A DNA stretch of 64,000 bases from Leucoraja erinacea (GCF_028641065.1 NC_073402.1:21576001-21640000), one strand, 5' to 3'; counted from the stretch's first letter, positions 1-11,005 are shown. Numbers and translations are program-made. Notes: generated from the letters alone by a model not told the origin.

Positions 1-405
1 GTAAAGCAAAGGGTCAATCATTATAGAATTTACTCTTTAAGATAAATAAAAAACTCAAGTACATAAAATTATTGTAAGCTGTAACAAAGTCAAATAGGTT
101 GGATTTTTCTCAAGCATTTATATTTTCTTAGTGTACTGGACAATGCTTTCATTTCTTACATAGCTCTAATTTTCTCATAGATTCAAACATGATTTTGACT
201 TTAATTAATCTTCACTGTGCCAAGGTCATGCTGTTAATTGATTAACAGTACTGAGCAATTTTAAAGAATGTATTTCTAATTATTGTCACAATTTATGTAA
301 AATATTTGGAAAAGAAGCAGAGTTAATGGTGCAGATCAACAACCCTACATCAGATTGATTTTCATTGGGACCTACAAGGACATCACTTCGGATCACAATA
401 ACTAA

Positions 406-911
406 AGGGACTTGGGCGACCTAATTGGCGAGTTTAGAAGAGTTTAGGAGAGCTTGAAAAAAATGGCATGTTGAAGACCTCCTTCGACTATGTTGAAGAC
501 TAGCTTTGACTAGCTACGACTAACTTCGGGAAAATTGGACACCGAATAGTGGAGAATGAAGACGACCTCCTTCGATCTCCCGTCGACTCTGCTGAAGATT
601 ATCTACGACTACCTTTGACTACCCTCGATTACCTACGACTAACATGCCGACCTACTACGACTAAACCTACGAGTAAAAAAGCAACGATTTTTTCCATGGC
701 AACCTTTTTTTTTAAACTTGCCGGCATTTTTCAAAATGTTGAAAAATACGCCGCGACCTAGCTGAGGCCTCGAGTACGCGGGGACTACTCTTGAGCATGA
801 AGGAGAGTTACAAAGACCTCCTACAACCTCGTGTCGACCATGCTGCGAGTATGAGTCCAGGGCAAACTCACCAGAACTCGCCGATTAGGTCGCCAAAGTG
901 GGACAGGCCCT
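406..911. mobile_element. PIF/Harbinger-like non-autonomous DNA transposon
   Basis: TAA on both flanks (403-405, 912-914). Right end ...GGTCGCCAAAGTGGGACAGGCCCT; left TIR partly deleted (AGGG-ACTTGGGCGACCTAAT). Internal CGACTA-type minirepeats. Confidence 0.7.
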
Positions 912-1364
912 TAAGTATTATGTAGCTGCAGGGAGAGATGAACCCCTTTCAACTTAAACACGTTTGCAGTACAATGGGAAAATATTACAATTTAAAAAGT
1001 GTTACTTTGCAACTTAAAAATATAAATTATCTAACGCCTTTCTTAATCATAATAGACAGTACATTAAGAAACAAATACAAATTGGCGAGATATCGCACAA
1101 GCATAGCCCTGATCATTTGCAAGAGATTGGGGCCAAAATCCAAATGTCATATCTTTCAGAAACAACTGTATCAGTCAGTGTAGACAGTGAATAAATGGAG
1201 AAGAAATGGGGAAAAAAGGGAGAAATGGAGAAAAGGGGAAAACAAATACAAAATAAAAGGAATAATCTGCGGATGGAAGGAATCAAGATTAAATCTAATG
1301 CCCTGAATTTAATCTATTAAATCATATATAGATATATAATGTATAATATTGCATAATATTGATT

Positions 1365-1472
1365 TTAGTTTAGTTTAGAGATACAGCGGGGAAACAGGCC
1401 TTTCGGCCCACTGAGTCCACATCGACCAGCGATTCCTGCACCTTAACACTATCCTGTACACACTAGGGACAA
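1365..1472 (-). mobile_element. V-SINE (HE1-like), 3' half, split by the DIRS insertion
   Basis: (TAAAC)n tail and CR1-like 3' end; the sequence resumes at 6225. Confidence 0.85.
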
Positions 1473-2354
1473 TTTTACTTCGGAGTCACGTGAGTGATTC
1501 CGTGAAGAAGCCCGCCCCAGGACGCATTGCGGCATTACGTTTCAGACATGCAAAGCGGCAGCGCGGGAGTCAGGGCTCCCGAAGAAACGAGAAAAAATCT
1601 AAGTTTAGGTAAGTACTTACCTTTACTTTTACAGCCCCTTTGCGTCTGCTTGTTTTCCCGCAGGGCGTGCAAGCGGCCCCCTTGGACTCTGGTAGGAGTT
1701 TCCCGTTCGAGGGAGGGGAGGAAAGACGCTACCAGGGAGAGAGAGCGCCGGCGGACCATGGATGGGACCTGTGCCGGTGCCGGTAAAACTCTCCACAGGG
1801 GCGCCATTTGACAGCGCAGGAGACGGCGCTAGCACTGCGTTGGGGGTTCCCCTTAGTCCTCGCTCGCTTTACACGCACTGTCCAGATGAGGCAGGCAGGC
1901 AGGCGGGCGGGAGGAGGCTTCCGACATTTACGGAGCCGTTAGGGGAACCCACTGTGCAGTGCTGGCGTGGAGTGCGCTGCAGCCCGAGTGCAGGTGAGCA
2001 GCAGCCCGAGTCAGAGAGAGAGAGAGAGCGAGTACCGCTAATTAGCGGCCCGCTCCCGACACTGCTCCAAGCCCGTCAGCATCAGCTGCGGGCTGAGGGG
2101 GGAAATATGCTGCACCTGCCCGCTCAAGAGAGAGTCAGGGCAGCAACAGGCGGTAGGACCGCTTAGCGGGCGGTCCGCAAACCCGACACCGGGACCGAGC
2201 CAGCCCGCTATCACCTGAGCAGCGGGCTGGATGTGTGGAAAACCCGGCGGTGGAGTAACATCGGACTGGGACGTCTCTCCACCCAGGAGGGGGAGAGACA
2301 GCCGCCTGAGCTGCAGGAGCGGCTCTTGGGCATGGGAAAGGTGAGTTTGCAGTT

Positions 2355-3686
2355 GTGTTTCATTACAGATTTCAGGAACACAACGCAAAAAACTCGCAAA
2401 GAGAAACTGCCCCGCTCCAACTCTACCAGCGGGGCAGCAACCGGCGGCAGCGTCGCTCGCAGAGCGTTTTCGCTATCCCTGAGACCGAGCCAAGCCAGTC
2501 TCGCCATAGCCTACACGGCGGACTGGGAAAGGGGCTAGGAAGCCAAACGGCCGGTCGTCTCCGACTCGTCGGGGGAAGGGGATATGTCCACCCCAAAGCG
2601 GGGGAGAGACAGCCGCCTAAGCTGCTCCAGCAGCTATTGGAGGGGATGGTCTACCGAGAGCAGCAGCGCTCTCGGACAGACAGGACAGGCGCCCCCTCCA
2701 TGGTGCTGAGTCCGGCACCTCCCTTTGCGACCTCGGACCAGGAATGGGAGGTTAGCATTGGTGACCAGGGGCAGGCTGGTCTGAGTATGGGGCAGGCGGA
2801 AGGAGCCGAAAGAGAGCAGGGTGTGCAGGAAGAGCTGCTAGGGGTTGTAAGCCGATTCGTCGCTACCCCACGGGTTGGAGCACCACTGGAGCCTAGGATG
2901 GCTGACAGCATAAACCATCTCTCCAACAAACCACTGCGGGAGAAGGTGCTCGCCCAAGTGCTTGAGGAGCACACAGCCCCGGATAATTGTGACGCTCTCA
3001 AGGTCAAGAGCCTCAATCCTCAAATATGGGGCAACGTGGGGGGACCGATTCGGACACAGGAGGTCAAACTCCAGCGCATACTTCGCCTCCTCACGGCGGC
3101 TATAACAGCCTATGCGCGGGGTGTCGAGACCATAGATATGACATCTCACCAACAGGATGTCCTGGCACTCATGTGCACGACACAATATGAGCTGAATAAC
3201 CTGAGAAGAGACAACATCAGGCCGGCCCTCAATTCTAAATTTGCAGGATTATACAAAACTCCATCAGTAGAGACCAACTCATTTTTATTTGGGAAGGACT
3301 TGAACAAACAGCCCAAAGAGATGGAGGAGGCGTCTAAGACCTTTAGCCTCATGAGGGCACCACCGGCAGTGAACATACCAAAGCTCTTCATTCCACCCAG
3401 GCGGCAGCACACCACTGTATCTACCAGTCGGCGTCCCGAATATGCGACTGGTCAAAGCTTGGGGCCGCACTATCCCCAGAGACCTTTTTTAGGTCAGGGC
3501 CTGCAGCGGACCCCCTGGAAAATGCGCCTCCCCCCAACATCGCCAGCACGTCAACAGGGAAGAACACTCAAAAAGAAAAAACACAACCCCGCCAATAACC
3601 ATGGAGGTAGGTGGATCTGGTTCCTACCAGCAAATAGAGCGCTTTCTTGGACTATCTTGGCTTTCATATTAATTCAGTCCACGTAA
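2355..3686 (+). CDS. DIRS gag-like ORF1 (443-aa open frame; true start and 3' end uncertain)
   Basis: Longest ORF in the element, upstream of the RT remnants. The segment PDNCDALKVKSLNPQIW..KLQRI..ELNNLRRDNIRPALN..LFGKDL resembles DIRS1-group Gag proteins. Confidence 0.7.
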   Translation: MFHYRFQEHNAKNSQRETAPLQLYQRGSNRRQRRSQSVFAIPETEPSQSRHSLHGGLGKGLGSQTAGRLRLVGGRGYVHPKAGERQPPKLLQQLLEGMVYREQQRSRTDRTGAPSMVLSPAPPFATSDQEWEVSIGDQGQAGLSMGQAEGAEREQGVQEELLGVVSRFVATPRVGAPLEPRMADSINHLSNKPLREKVLAQVLEEHTAPDNCDALKVKSLNPQIWGNVGGPIRTQEVKLQRILRLLTAAITAYARGVETIDMTSHQQDVLALMCTTQYELNNLRRDNIRPALNSKFAGLYKTPSVETNSFLFGKDLNKQPKEMEEASKTFSLMRAPPAVNIPKLFIPPRRQHTTVSTSRRPEYATGQSLGPHYPQRPFLGQGLQRTPWKMRLPPTSPARQQGRTLKKKKHNPANNHGGRWIWFLPANRALSWTILAFILIQST

Positions 3687-5660
3687 CTTTAATGTTGCCA
3701 AGAGACAACATAGTTGAATTGGCACAAACAAGGGACAAATTAATGGTCAAACTACCAACTACTCGACAAATAACAGAGTAATTGGGGGGAAAAAAGGTAC
3801 CATTTTCTGTCTACATGATTCAGATGTTAGTATCAAAATCAACATATAGGTTGTCATTGAGCATCTCATGAAGTTACCCACTGAAATAATATTAGAAAGA
3901 CAGTGGTGGGGTTACCACTTATACTGGGCATTAAGTATCTAAAAAATGCTCGGGTGAAATTTATGAGTTTAAGCACTTGCATGTATGGGTATAAATAAGA
4001 CTACACTATGGAGGTGGCCTATATTAACCATATGGCAGCATAAAGTCGGTATCATATGACAAGTTGGTCAAAACAATTTGGCAATGGTATATCCATAGAG
4101 GTATTGGACTATCAACAACTTACCTGCCTGGTAAGCAAAATAAAGTGACAGACACCAGGTCACATAAAATTAAGGACAACATCAATTAGATGTTTTCATA
4201 TAAAGTTTAACAAAACTATCAAGCTATATGATGCAACAGATATTAATGCATTTTCATTGTCGCTGTACTGTACACTGATAATGACAATTAAAATGGAATG
4301 TGAAACTGATATCGATTATTTGCATTAACGCTATATCACCTGGTGTTTGGGGATGTCCTATCTATGTCACGGGGGGAAACCAGACCCTGGGCCAGTGGAA
4401 TCCTCATTAAAAAAATTTCTCTGGGACAGATAGTTCCAGCAGAAAGATCGTCAGCTATATATATTAACTTTTCTGGCCTATAGGTCATGTTGTCATTCAA
4501 GAATGTATTTATAATATTGATAGACAAATGCGTTCACGCTGCATTGGTGAAATTAATTTATGTATTCCCTTCTGCCTCACCAATCGAGAACAACGCACAG
4601 TACAAAAGGATTCTGCTTCAGGTATTTGATACTACCTGATGGACTTACGCAGGCCTTGTTTCACTTCACGCCATGACATGGTTGTTGGAACTTGGATGGT
4701 GTTTTCCAGTACCCAGAATCGGAGCCGGGCACAAATCAACTGTGCCATGAGAAATAAGCTCCTGAGCTGCAGATTCTGCGCAAGCCTCTGGGACTGGGAT
4801 TGTTATACTGAATAATCGACACCATGTCAGCATCCTTTTGAACATCCACTGGACTACAACACTTGTCCAGCATCAAGAGAAGTACTGCAAGGATAAAGGG
4901 GTAAACCTACTCATCCGATACAGGTACTACGAACTGGAATTCCTGGAGAACCTTCATCATGATGAAGGATTCGGCTACAGTGCCATCAACACAGCTAGAA
5001 TTGCCCTGCCTGTTCTTTTTCAAAACAGCTACAGGACAACAGGCCATGGGGTCCACTGGCTGGTGGTAATTTGAAGGGTATTAAAACTCTAAACCCCTAG
5101 ATAAGGTACACCTATATATGGGATGTCACAGTGGTTAACCACACTTCAAGGGGTTCCCACCAGCCAGAGTCCAAAACCTGAACCTTCTATGCACTAAAAA
5201 CATATGTTAAAGGCACATGGAGCAGCACAGAGTGTCCAGTCACTACTCCTATTTCAACTAGACACCATGCTCACAGCTTCAGACCAGATCTCTATCATTT
5301 GTTGAGGGAATGGTCAAACCAGACCAGGAACACCTTATCCAGTCATAAAAAACGGGCTACCCGCCAGAAAACACGGTATGTGCCAAGACCCTATTACCTT
5401 ACATAGACACAACCTAATTATGCGAGGGAGATGAAAAGCCTTGTGGGTTGGTCACAAAACACCTTGTGGTCGGGTAACAAGCCTTTTTTGAAATGGCTCA
5501 AGCAGGTTAAAGCTCCTGGGATAAAACTAACATGTATAAAGTTGTCATCCCACAGGAGAAGCTTCCACGTCAATGGCAAAAGAATGGACGTGCCTGTAAA
5601 CCACATCCTGGCTACAGCAGAATAGTGGGGGTAAAACGTTCAGAGAAATAAATTATTATA
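3640..5660 (+). pseudogene. Degenerate DIRS RT(C-term)/RNase H/MT and tyrosine recombinase
   Basis: Frameshifted, stop-interrupted motifs as listed for the element; no RT catalytic YxDD region found between gag and YLGF. Confidence 0.8.
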
Positions 5661-6224
5661 AACTGTTGACAAAACCTGTTTTTTATTTGCAGGAAGATTC
5701 CAATCTGCAAATATTCAAATTAGCCAAGGGGAGCATTTAAAATTCTTCAGTGTTATTGTAAAATACCATTGGGTTTTTCTATAAACAGAATCATTGGTTG
5801 ATTATGATAACACGCTTCCTCCCTCAAAGGCTTCGGCAGCGAGTGATATAAACTGTTACACGGTTTGAAATCACAGAGCTTTGAAATCTTCACGGAATCA
5901 CTCACGTGACTCCGAAGTAAAATAGTAAGATTAAACGAGAACTTACCAGTTTGAAGTTTGATCTGTATTTTATGAGGAGTTACGATGAGGGATTACGTGC
6001 CCTCCGCTCCCACCCTCATTACATGGATCAAACTGATAATTGATGTCTCTTTTATTCTTTACTATGTTACTTCAAATACGTGTCTGTCTGTGATTCCACA
6101 CCGCTGCTTTGAAGTTATGCCGCAATGCGTCCTGGGGCGGGCTTCTTCACGTAATCCCTCATCGTAACTCCTCATAAAATACAGATCAAACTTCAAACTG
6201 GTAAGTTCTCGTTTAATCTTACTA

Positions 6225-6430
6225 TTTACATTTATACCAAGTCAATTATCCTACAAACCTGTACGTCTTTGGAGTGTGGGAGAAAACCGAAGATCTCGGA
6301 GAAAACCAACGTGGTCACGGGGAGAACGTACAAACTCCGTACAGACAGCACCCATAGTCGAGATCGAATGGGGGTCTCTGGCGCTGCAAACACTGTAAGG
6401 CCGCAACTCTACCACTGCGCCACCATACCT
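6225..6430 (-). mobile_element. V-SINE (HE1-like), 5' half, split by the DIRS insertion
   Basis: tRNA-like head plus V-domain (CTCCAAAGACGTACAGG); joins 1365-1472 into a full copy like 45420-45734. Confidence 0.85.
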
Positions 6431-7914
6431 CAATGATAAAAACATTCAGATTTTTTGAAAAACATTTTATTCACTTGTGTACATAGGTAACGTGTGATTG
6501 CTCACTCTGAACAATTAGAACTTAATCGGAGTAATATAGCATGGAAAGAGCTTTTGGCACAATTATGCCATGCCAACCCATCATCCACCATCTGCATAAA
6601 TGCCACACTTAACCCATTTTATTCTCCCTACATTCCCATTAACCCCATCCCAGTTTCTACACGCCACATATACACTATGGTCATTTTCTAATTCAACTAC
6701 TGACCCACGCATCTTTTGGAATGTGTGGAGAAAGCCAGAGTACCCAATGAAACCACATTGTCACGGAAGAAGGTGCAAACTCCACACAAACAGCACTGGA
6801 AATTAGCACAGACGGCACCGGAAATCGGGATCAAACCTGGGTAGTTGGAGTCAAGAGGTAGGAACTCCACTAGTTTACCACAGTGCCACCTCGAGTGAAC
6901 GAACTTCACTGGAATCAAGAAATGTCCTCCAAGTGTTAGTATTTAATGATAGCCTTCTTCCCATGATTCAAAATTCATGGTTCATCACTCAATGACCAGG
7001 TCTATCAAATACTTAATATTTTCCTGCTGAGCTGTAGTGGCTCTCTGCAAAACCAAGCAAACTCCAAGTTCTCAAAAAAATATTTTTCTATACAAAATGT
7101 GATTAATGCTCCATCTACTGCTAAATTAATTCAGTGGGATTTGATGCTGCAATCTTTCAATTTATCGCATTTATTATTAATCCCATAAATTGAACTCCCA
7201 GGTAATAAAATAAACTCCCTTTAGGTCTACATGTAATTTTAAATAACAGTGATGAAATGCTTTCAAACTCAGCATGTTACCTTTTCACAATGGCCGAACC
7301 ATGCAGAGAATTGTCACCGGATAAAGCAAACTCAGAATGAGCACACTATTCAAGAGATTTTGCTTGAAATGCATCTAAAAAAAAACTCCATTTAACATAT
7401 TCTGTTTCTTTAAATCAGCTATTGGATCGAGTTGAACAAAATTATCAATTAAATCTGAGATAATTAGTTTAACTACAAAATTCCTCAGAGGTTCATTAAA
7501 TGATTTTTAAAAAAAACTGGGCAATCAATTAAGTAGATTGCCAAATTGATTCTTGGAATTACTTTAATCATAACAATGTATTTAATTGAAAACATTACAT
7601 AGACCACGTACATTCTTGGACCAGTTGAATGCTCTCTGCCCAGGTTAATGATCTTTGTCCAGATTACGAAGGGATAAATTGAATCCGACATCCTATATTA
7701 TGTTGTTGGTGGGTAGGGAATGGGTGTGGGGCGGGAATGGGAATGGAAATGGGATAAGGGATCCTTTCCCACTTTTTTTTAATCCGATGTCACTCGGCTG
7801 AAGGGCACAAAGTAGATTAAGTGAAAATAAGATACCGACACAAAAAACTGGAGTAACTCAGTGGGACAGGCAGCATCTCTAGAGAGAAGAAATGGATCGA
7901 GACCCTTCTTCAGA

Positions 7915-8860
7915 CAATGCAGGTGTGCAGGGACTGATTGAAAATGTCTGTGTAGACTGGTGCCAGTTGTTCGGCACAGAACTTGAGGGTAGAGGGAGAA
8001 ACATTGCCCGGTCCTGGAGATTTCAGACTCTTCTGTCTCCTGAATAGCTTTTACACCTCCTCAATTTCTATTGTTAGTGATGGGAGAAGTGACCAGACTG
8101 ATGTTGGGCAGCAAGGAGGGGGTGGGTAGTGGAGGAGGGCCCAGTCTTTGCAGACTGGAGTCAGGCTGCAAGTAGATATGATGTGGTGATTGGGGAGGAG
8201 TGGGTACCAGGATTATATTTCTGTCTATCAAACCTGCAGTAGAACTCGTTCAGGTCCTTGGTCAGCTGACGATTGTCCAAGGAGTGGGGGGGTTTCCTCT
8301 TGTAGCTGGTGATTTCTTGCAAGCCCTTCCACACTGAAGATCAGTCATTAGCTGACAACTTACTCCTCAACGTTTCAGAGTACCTTTCCTTGGCAGCTCC
8401 GATTCCTCTTCTCAGCTTGTACTTGGCCTGCGTGTGGAGGTCTGCATCCCCGCTCCTGTTGGCCTCATCTTTAGACAGGCAGAGCTGTCTGAGTTCTGCT
8501 GTAAACCAAGGCATGTCGTTGTTGAACCCGATCTGGGTCCTAGTGGGAATGCAACTGTCCTCACGAAAGCTGACATATAATGTCACATTGTCTGTATATT
8601 CATCGCGGCTTGTGGTTGCATTCCTGAACACATTCCAATCAGTGCAGTCAAAGCAGGACAGTAGGTTTTCAGTGCTCTCGCTTGCCCACTTTTTCATTGA
8701 TCTGACCAGACTTAGCAGATTTTAGTTTCTGCCTGTAGGTCGGAATAAGATGAATTAAACAATGATCAGAGCCCCAGAGCATCAAGGGGAACAGAGCGAT
8801 ATGCATTCTTAATTGTAGTAGAACAATGATCGCATGTTCTCGCCCCTCTGGTGGGGCAGG
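7915..8860 (-). mobile_element. Rex1/Babar-type LINE fragment (endonuclease end, linker, RT start)
   Basis: Translates [29 protein letters not shown] and KSPGPGNVSPSTLKFCAEQLAPVYTDIFNQSL. Confidence 0.85.
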
Positions 8861-9053
8861 TAACGTGATGTCTGTATTTTATAAACCTGTCCATCTGTTT
8901 GGAATACAACCAATGATTGAGCCTCAACAGCCTTTTAAAATACAGATTTCCAAAGATTCAGCTCCTCTCAATCCTACATTGCCTACTTCTTACTTTATCA
9001 TGACCCCTCCTTCCAGACTCCTCCGCCAGCGGAAATGTCCTCCCTCTAAATTA

Positions 9054-9279
9054 TGCCCCTATCCCACTTAGGAAACCTGAACAGAAACCTCTGGAGACTT
9101 TGCTCCCCACCCAAGGTTTCCTTGCAGTTCCCGGAGGTTTTTGTCAGTCTCCCTACCTGCTTCCACTACCTGCAACCTCCGGCAACCACCTGCAACCTGC
9201 GGGAACCGCACGGAAACCTTGGATGGGGCGCAAAGTCTCCAGAATTTTCTGTTCAGGTTTCCTAAGTGGGACAGGGGCA
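9054..9279. mobile_element. PIF/Harbinger-like MITE
   Basis: Long TIRs TGCCCCT(A/G)TCCCACTTAGGAAACCTGAAC; TTA duplication at 9051-9053 / 9280-9282. Confidence 0.85.
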
Positions 9280-9834
9280 TTAGTTTTATCCTCATTCTCT
9301 AATTTCTAGAGCATTGAGGCTCAGTATACTAAAGCTGTTCAAATGTGACAAAACCATCAACACCCTGAACTGGTCGGCCAACCATTGCAGTCCTCATCCA
9401 AAGCAAGCATCCCATTGAACTAAAGACATCAAAATTATACATAGAGATATTGTCCACTCGCCTCCATTCAGACAAGTGTCAGAAAAAACAACTGTGGTAT
9501 AACATTGTCAATGCCTTTTTCTAAGATAGAGGATTCCAGTCAATGTTTTCCCCCCTCAAGGCTATCAAAACCATTCATCACTTGCAGCCCGTTAACCTCA
9601 ACAGCACTATCAGTTTATTTTCTAGTCCCACGACCCTCATCTGTTATTCTGCAATGAAACCCAAATGTAGTCTTTAATTTTAACAAATCACATTCCCTGT
9701 GCAGTCAAAATCTATACAGTGGTCTCCATTTCTCAGTTTACTGCTTCCAACTAATGCTCTTTCTCTGTCATTCGCAATTTTATGCGCGATTCTGAGAAAC
9801 AGCAGAAAAATTACAGACTTCACCTTTCAGTACA

Positions 9835-9853
9835 ATGCTCCCATCTAGTGGTA
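9835..9853 (-). promoter_or_regulatory. Candidate CTCF site
   Basis: Minus strand TACCACTAGATGGGAGCAT resembles the CTCF core CCASYAGRKGGCRS; lies in non-repeat sequence. Confidence 0.4.
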
Positions 9854-10048
9854 AAGGTGACATTTGTTTTTTTCCCCACATTGGATTCTATTAAAACGAG
9901 TTCAGCAACAGCACATACCATTGAAATATTACAAAAATCAGAAATATAGAATGATGTTTAAAGGTGGTTTTCAATTTTAAAAAGTTGTACCCACTTTGTC
10001 AAATACTTGATATCTCAAAATATTGTATTTGGATATCTAAATAAACAA

Positions 10049-10237
10049 GGTAAGACAAAAGTGCTGGAGAAACTCAGCGGGTGCAGCAGCACCTATGGAG
10101 CGAAGGAAATAGGCAATGTTTCAGCCTGAAACGTTGCCTATTTCCTTCGCTCCATAGATGCTGCTGCACCCGCTGAGTTTCTCTAGCACTTTTGTCTACC
10201 TTTGATTTTCCGGCATCTGCAGTTCCTTCTTAAACAA
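10049..10237 (+). mobile_element. Penelope-derived mini-element (inverted segment + direct segment with tail)
   Basis: Palindromic body; 16-bp TSD ATATCTAAATAAACAA at 10033-10048 / 10238-10253. Confidence 0.8.
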
Positions 10238-10364
10238 ATATCTAAATAAACAACTTGTTTGTCATTATTTTTCAAGTTTAATCAGATATTTTCCTGGTGA
10301 AAGTAAAACATTAAAGGTGTAAGTAGTGTCATTAAGTGTCAAGTAGCTACTAATGAATTGCGGA

Positions 10365-11005
10365 AAGTACCACCCCCTCCCCAGGTACTTTCCCCTGCAA
10401 CCGCAGATGCAACACCTGTCCCTATACCTCCCAACTCGACTCCATCAAAGGACCCTGACAGTCTTTTTAGGTGAGGCAGAGGTTCACTTGCACCTCCTAC
10501 AACCTCATCTACTGTATCCGCTGTTCCAGGTGTGGATTACTGTATGCCAGTGAGACCAAGCGCAGGCTCGGCAATTGTTTCGCTGAACACCTCCGCTCAG
10601 TCTGCCTAAACCTACCTGATCTCCCAGTTGTTCAACATTTTAGCACTCCCTCCATTTCCCACGCTGACGTTTCTGTTCTGGGCCTCCTCTATTGTCAGAG
10701 TGAGGCCCAGCGCAAATTGGAAGAACAGCACCTCATATTTTCCTTGGGTAGCTTACACCCCAGCAGTATGAACATTGACTTCTAACTTCAAGTAGCCCTT
10801 GCTTTCCCTCTCTCTCTCTCCATCCCCCTCCCCTTCCCAGTTCTCCGGCCAGTCTGTCTCCAATTACATTTTATCTCTGTACCACCCACTCAACTGACAT
10901 CAGTCTGAAGAAGGGTCCCAACCTGAAACGTCACCCATTCCTTCTCTCCAGAAATGCTGCCTGTCCCGCTGAATTACTCCAGCATTTTGTGTCTATCTTC
11001 AACCA
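10365..11005 (+). mobile_element. Penelope-like element 3' fragment: GIY-YIG endonuclease remnant plus terminal repeat with hammerhead-like motif
   Basis: ORF 10471-10785 reads NLIYCIRCSRCGLLYASETKRRL..F.EHLRSV..RKLEEQHLIF.LGSL.P..MNIDF. CTGAAGA..GAAACGTC at 10905-10932. Confidence 0.88.

Larger units (their letters stand above)
1473..6224 (+). mobile_element. DIRS1-type tyrosine-recombinase retrotransposon, internally deleted/degenerate
   Basis: 35-bp ITR pair 1501-1535 / 6117-6151. ICR at 5887-5999 is complementary to the left end (1472-1508) and the right extension (6148-6227). Contains a gag-like ORF and remnants of RT C-terminus (DYLGFHINS, ~3650), RNase H (AYINHM..IWQW..YLPGKQN, ~4000-4165), methyltransferase-like region (~4310-4670) and YR (GYSAINTARIAL, RYTYIWDV, degenerate HSTR box; ~4870-5650). 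Confidence 0.92.
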
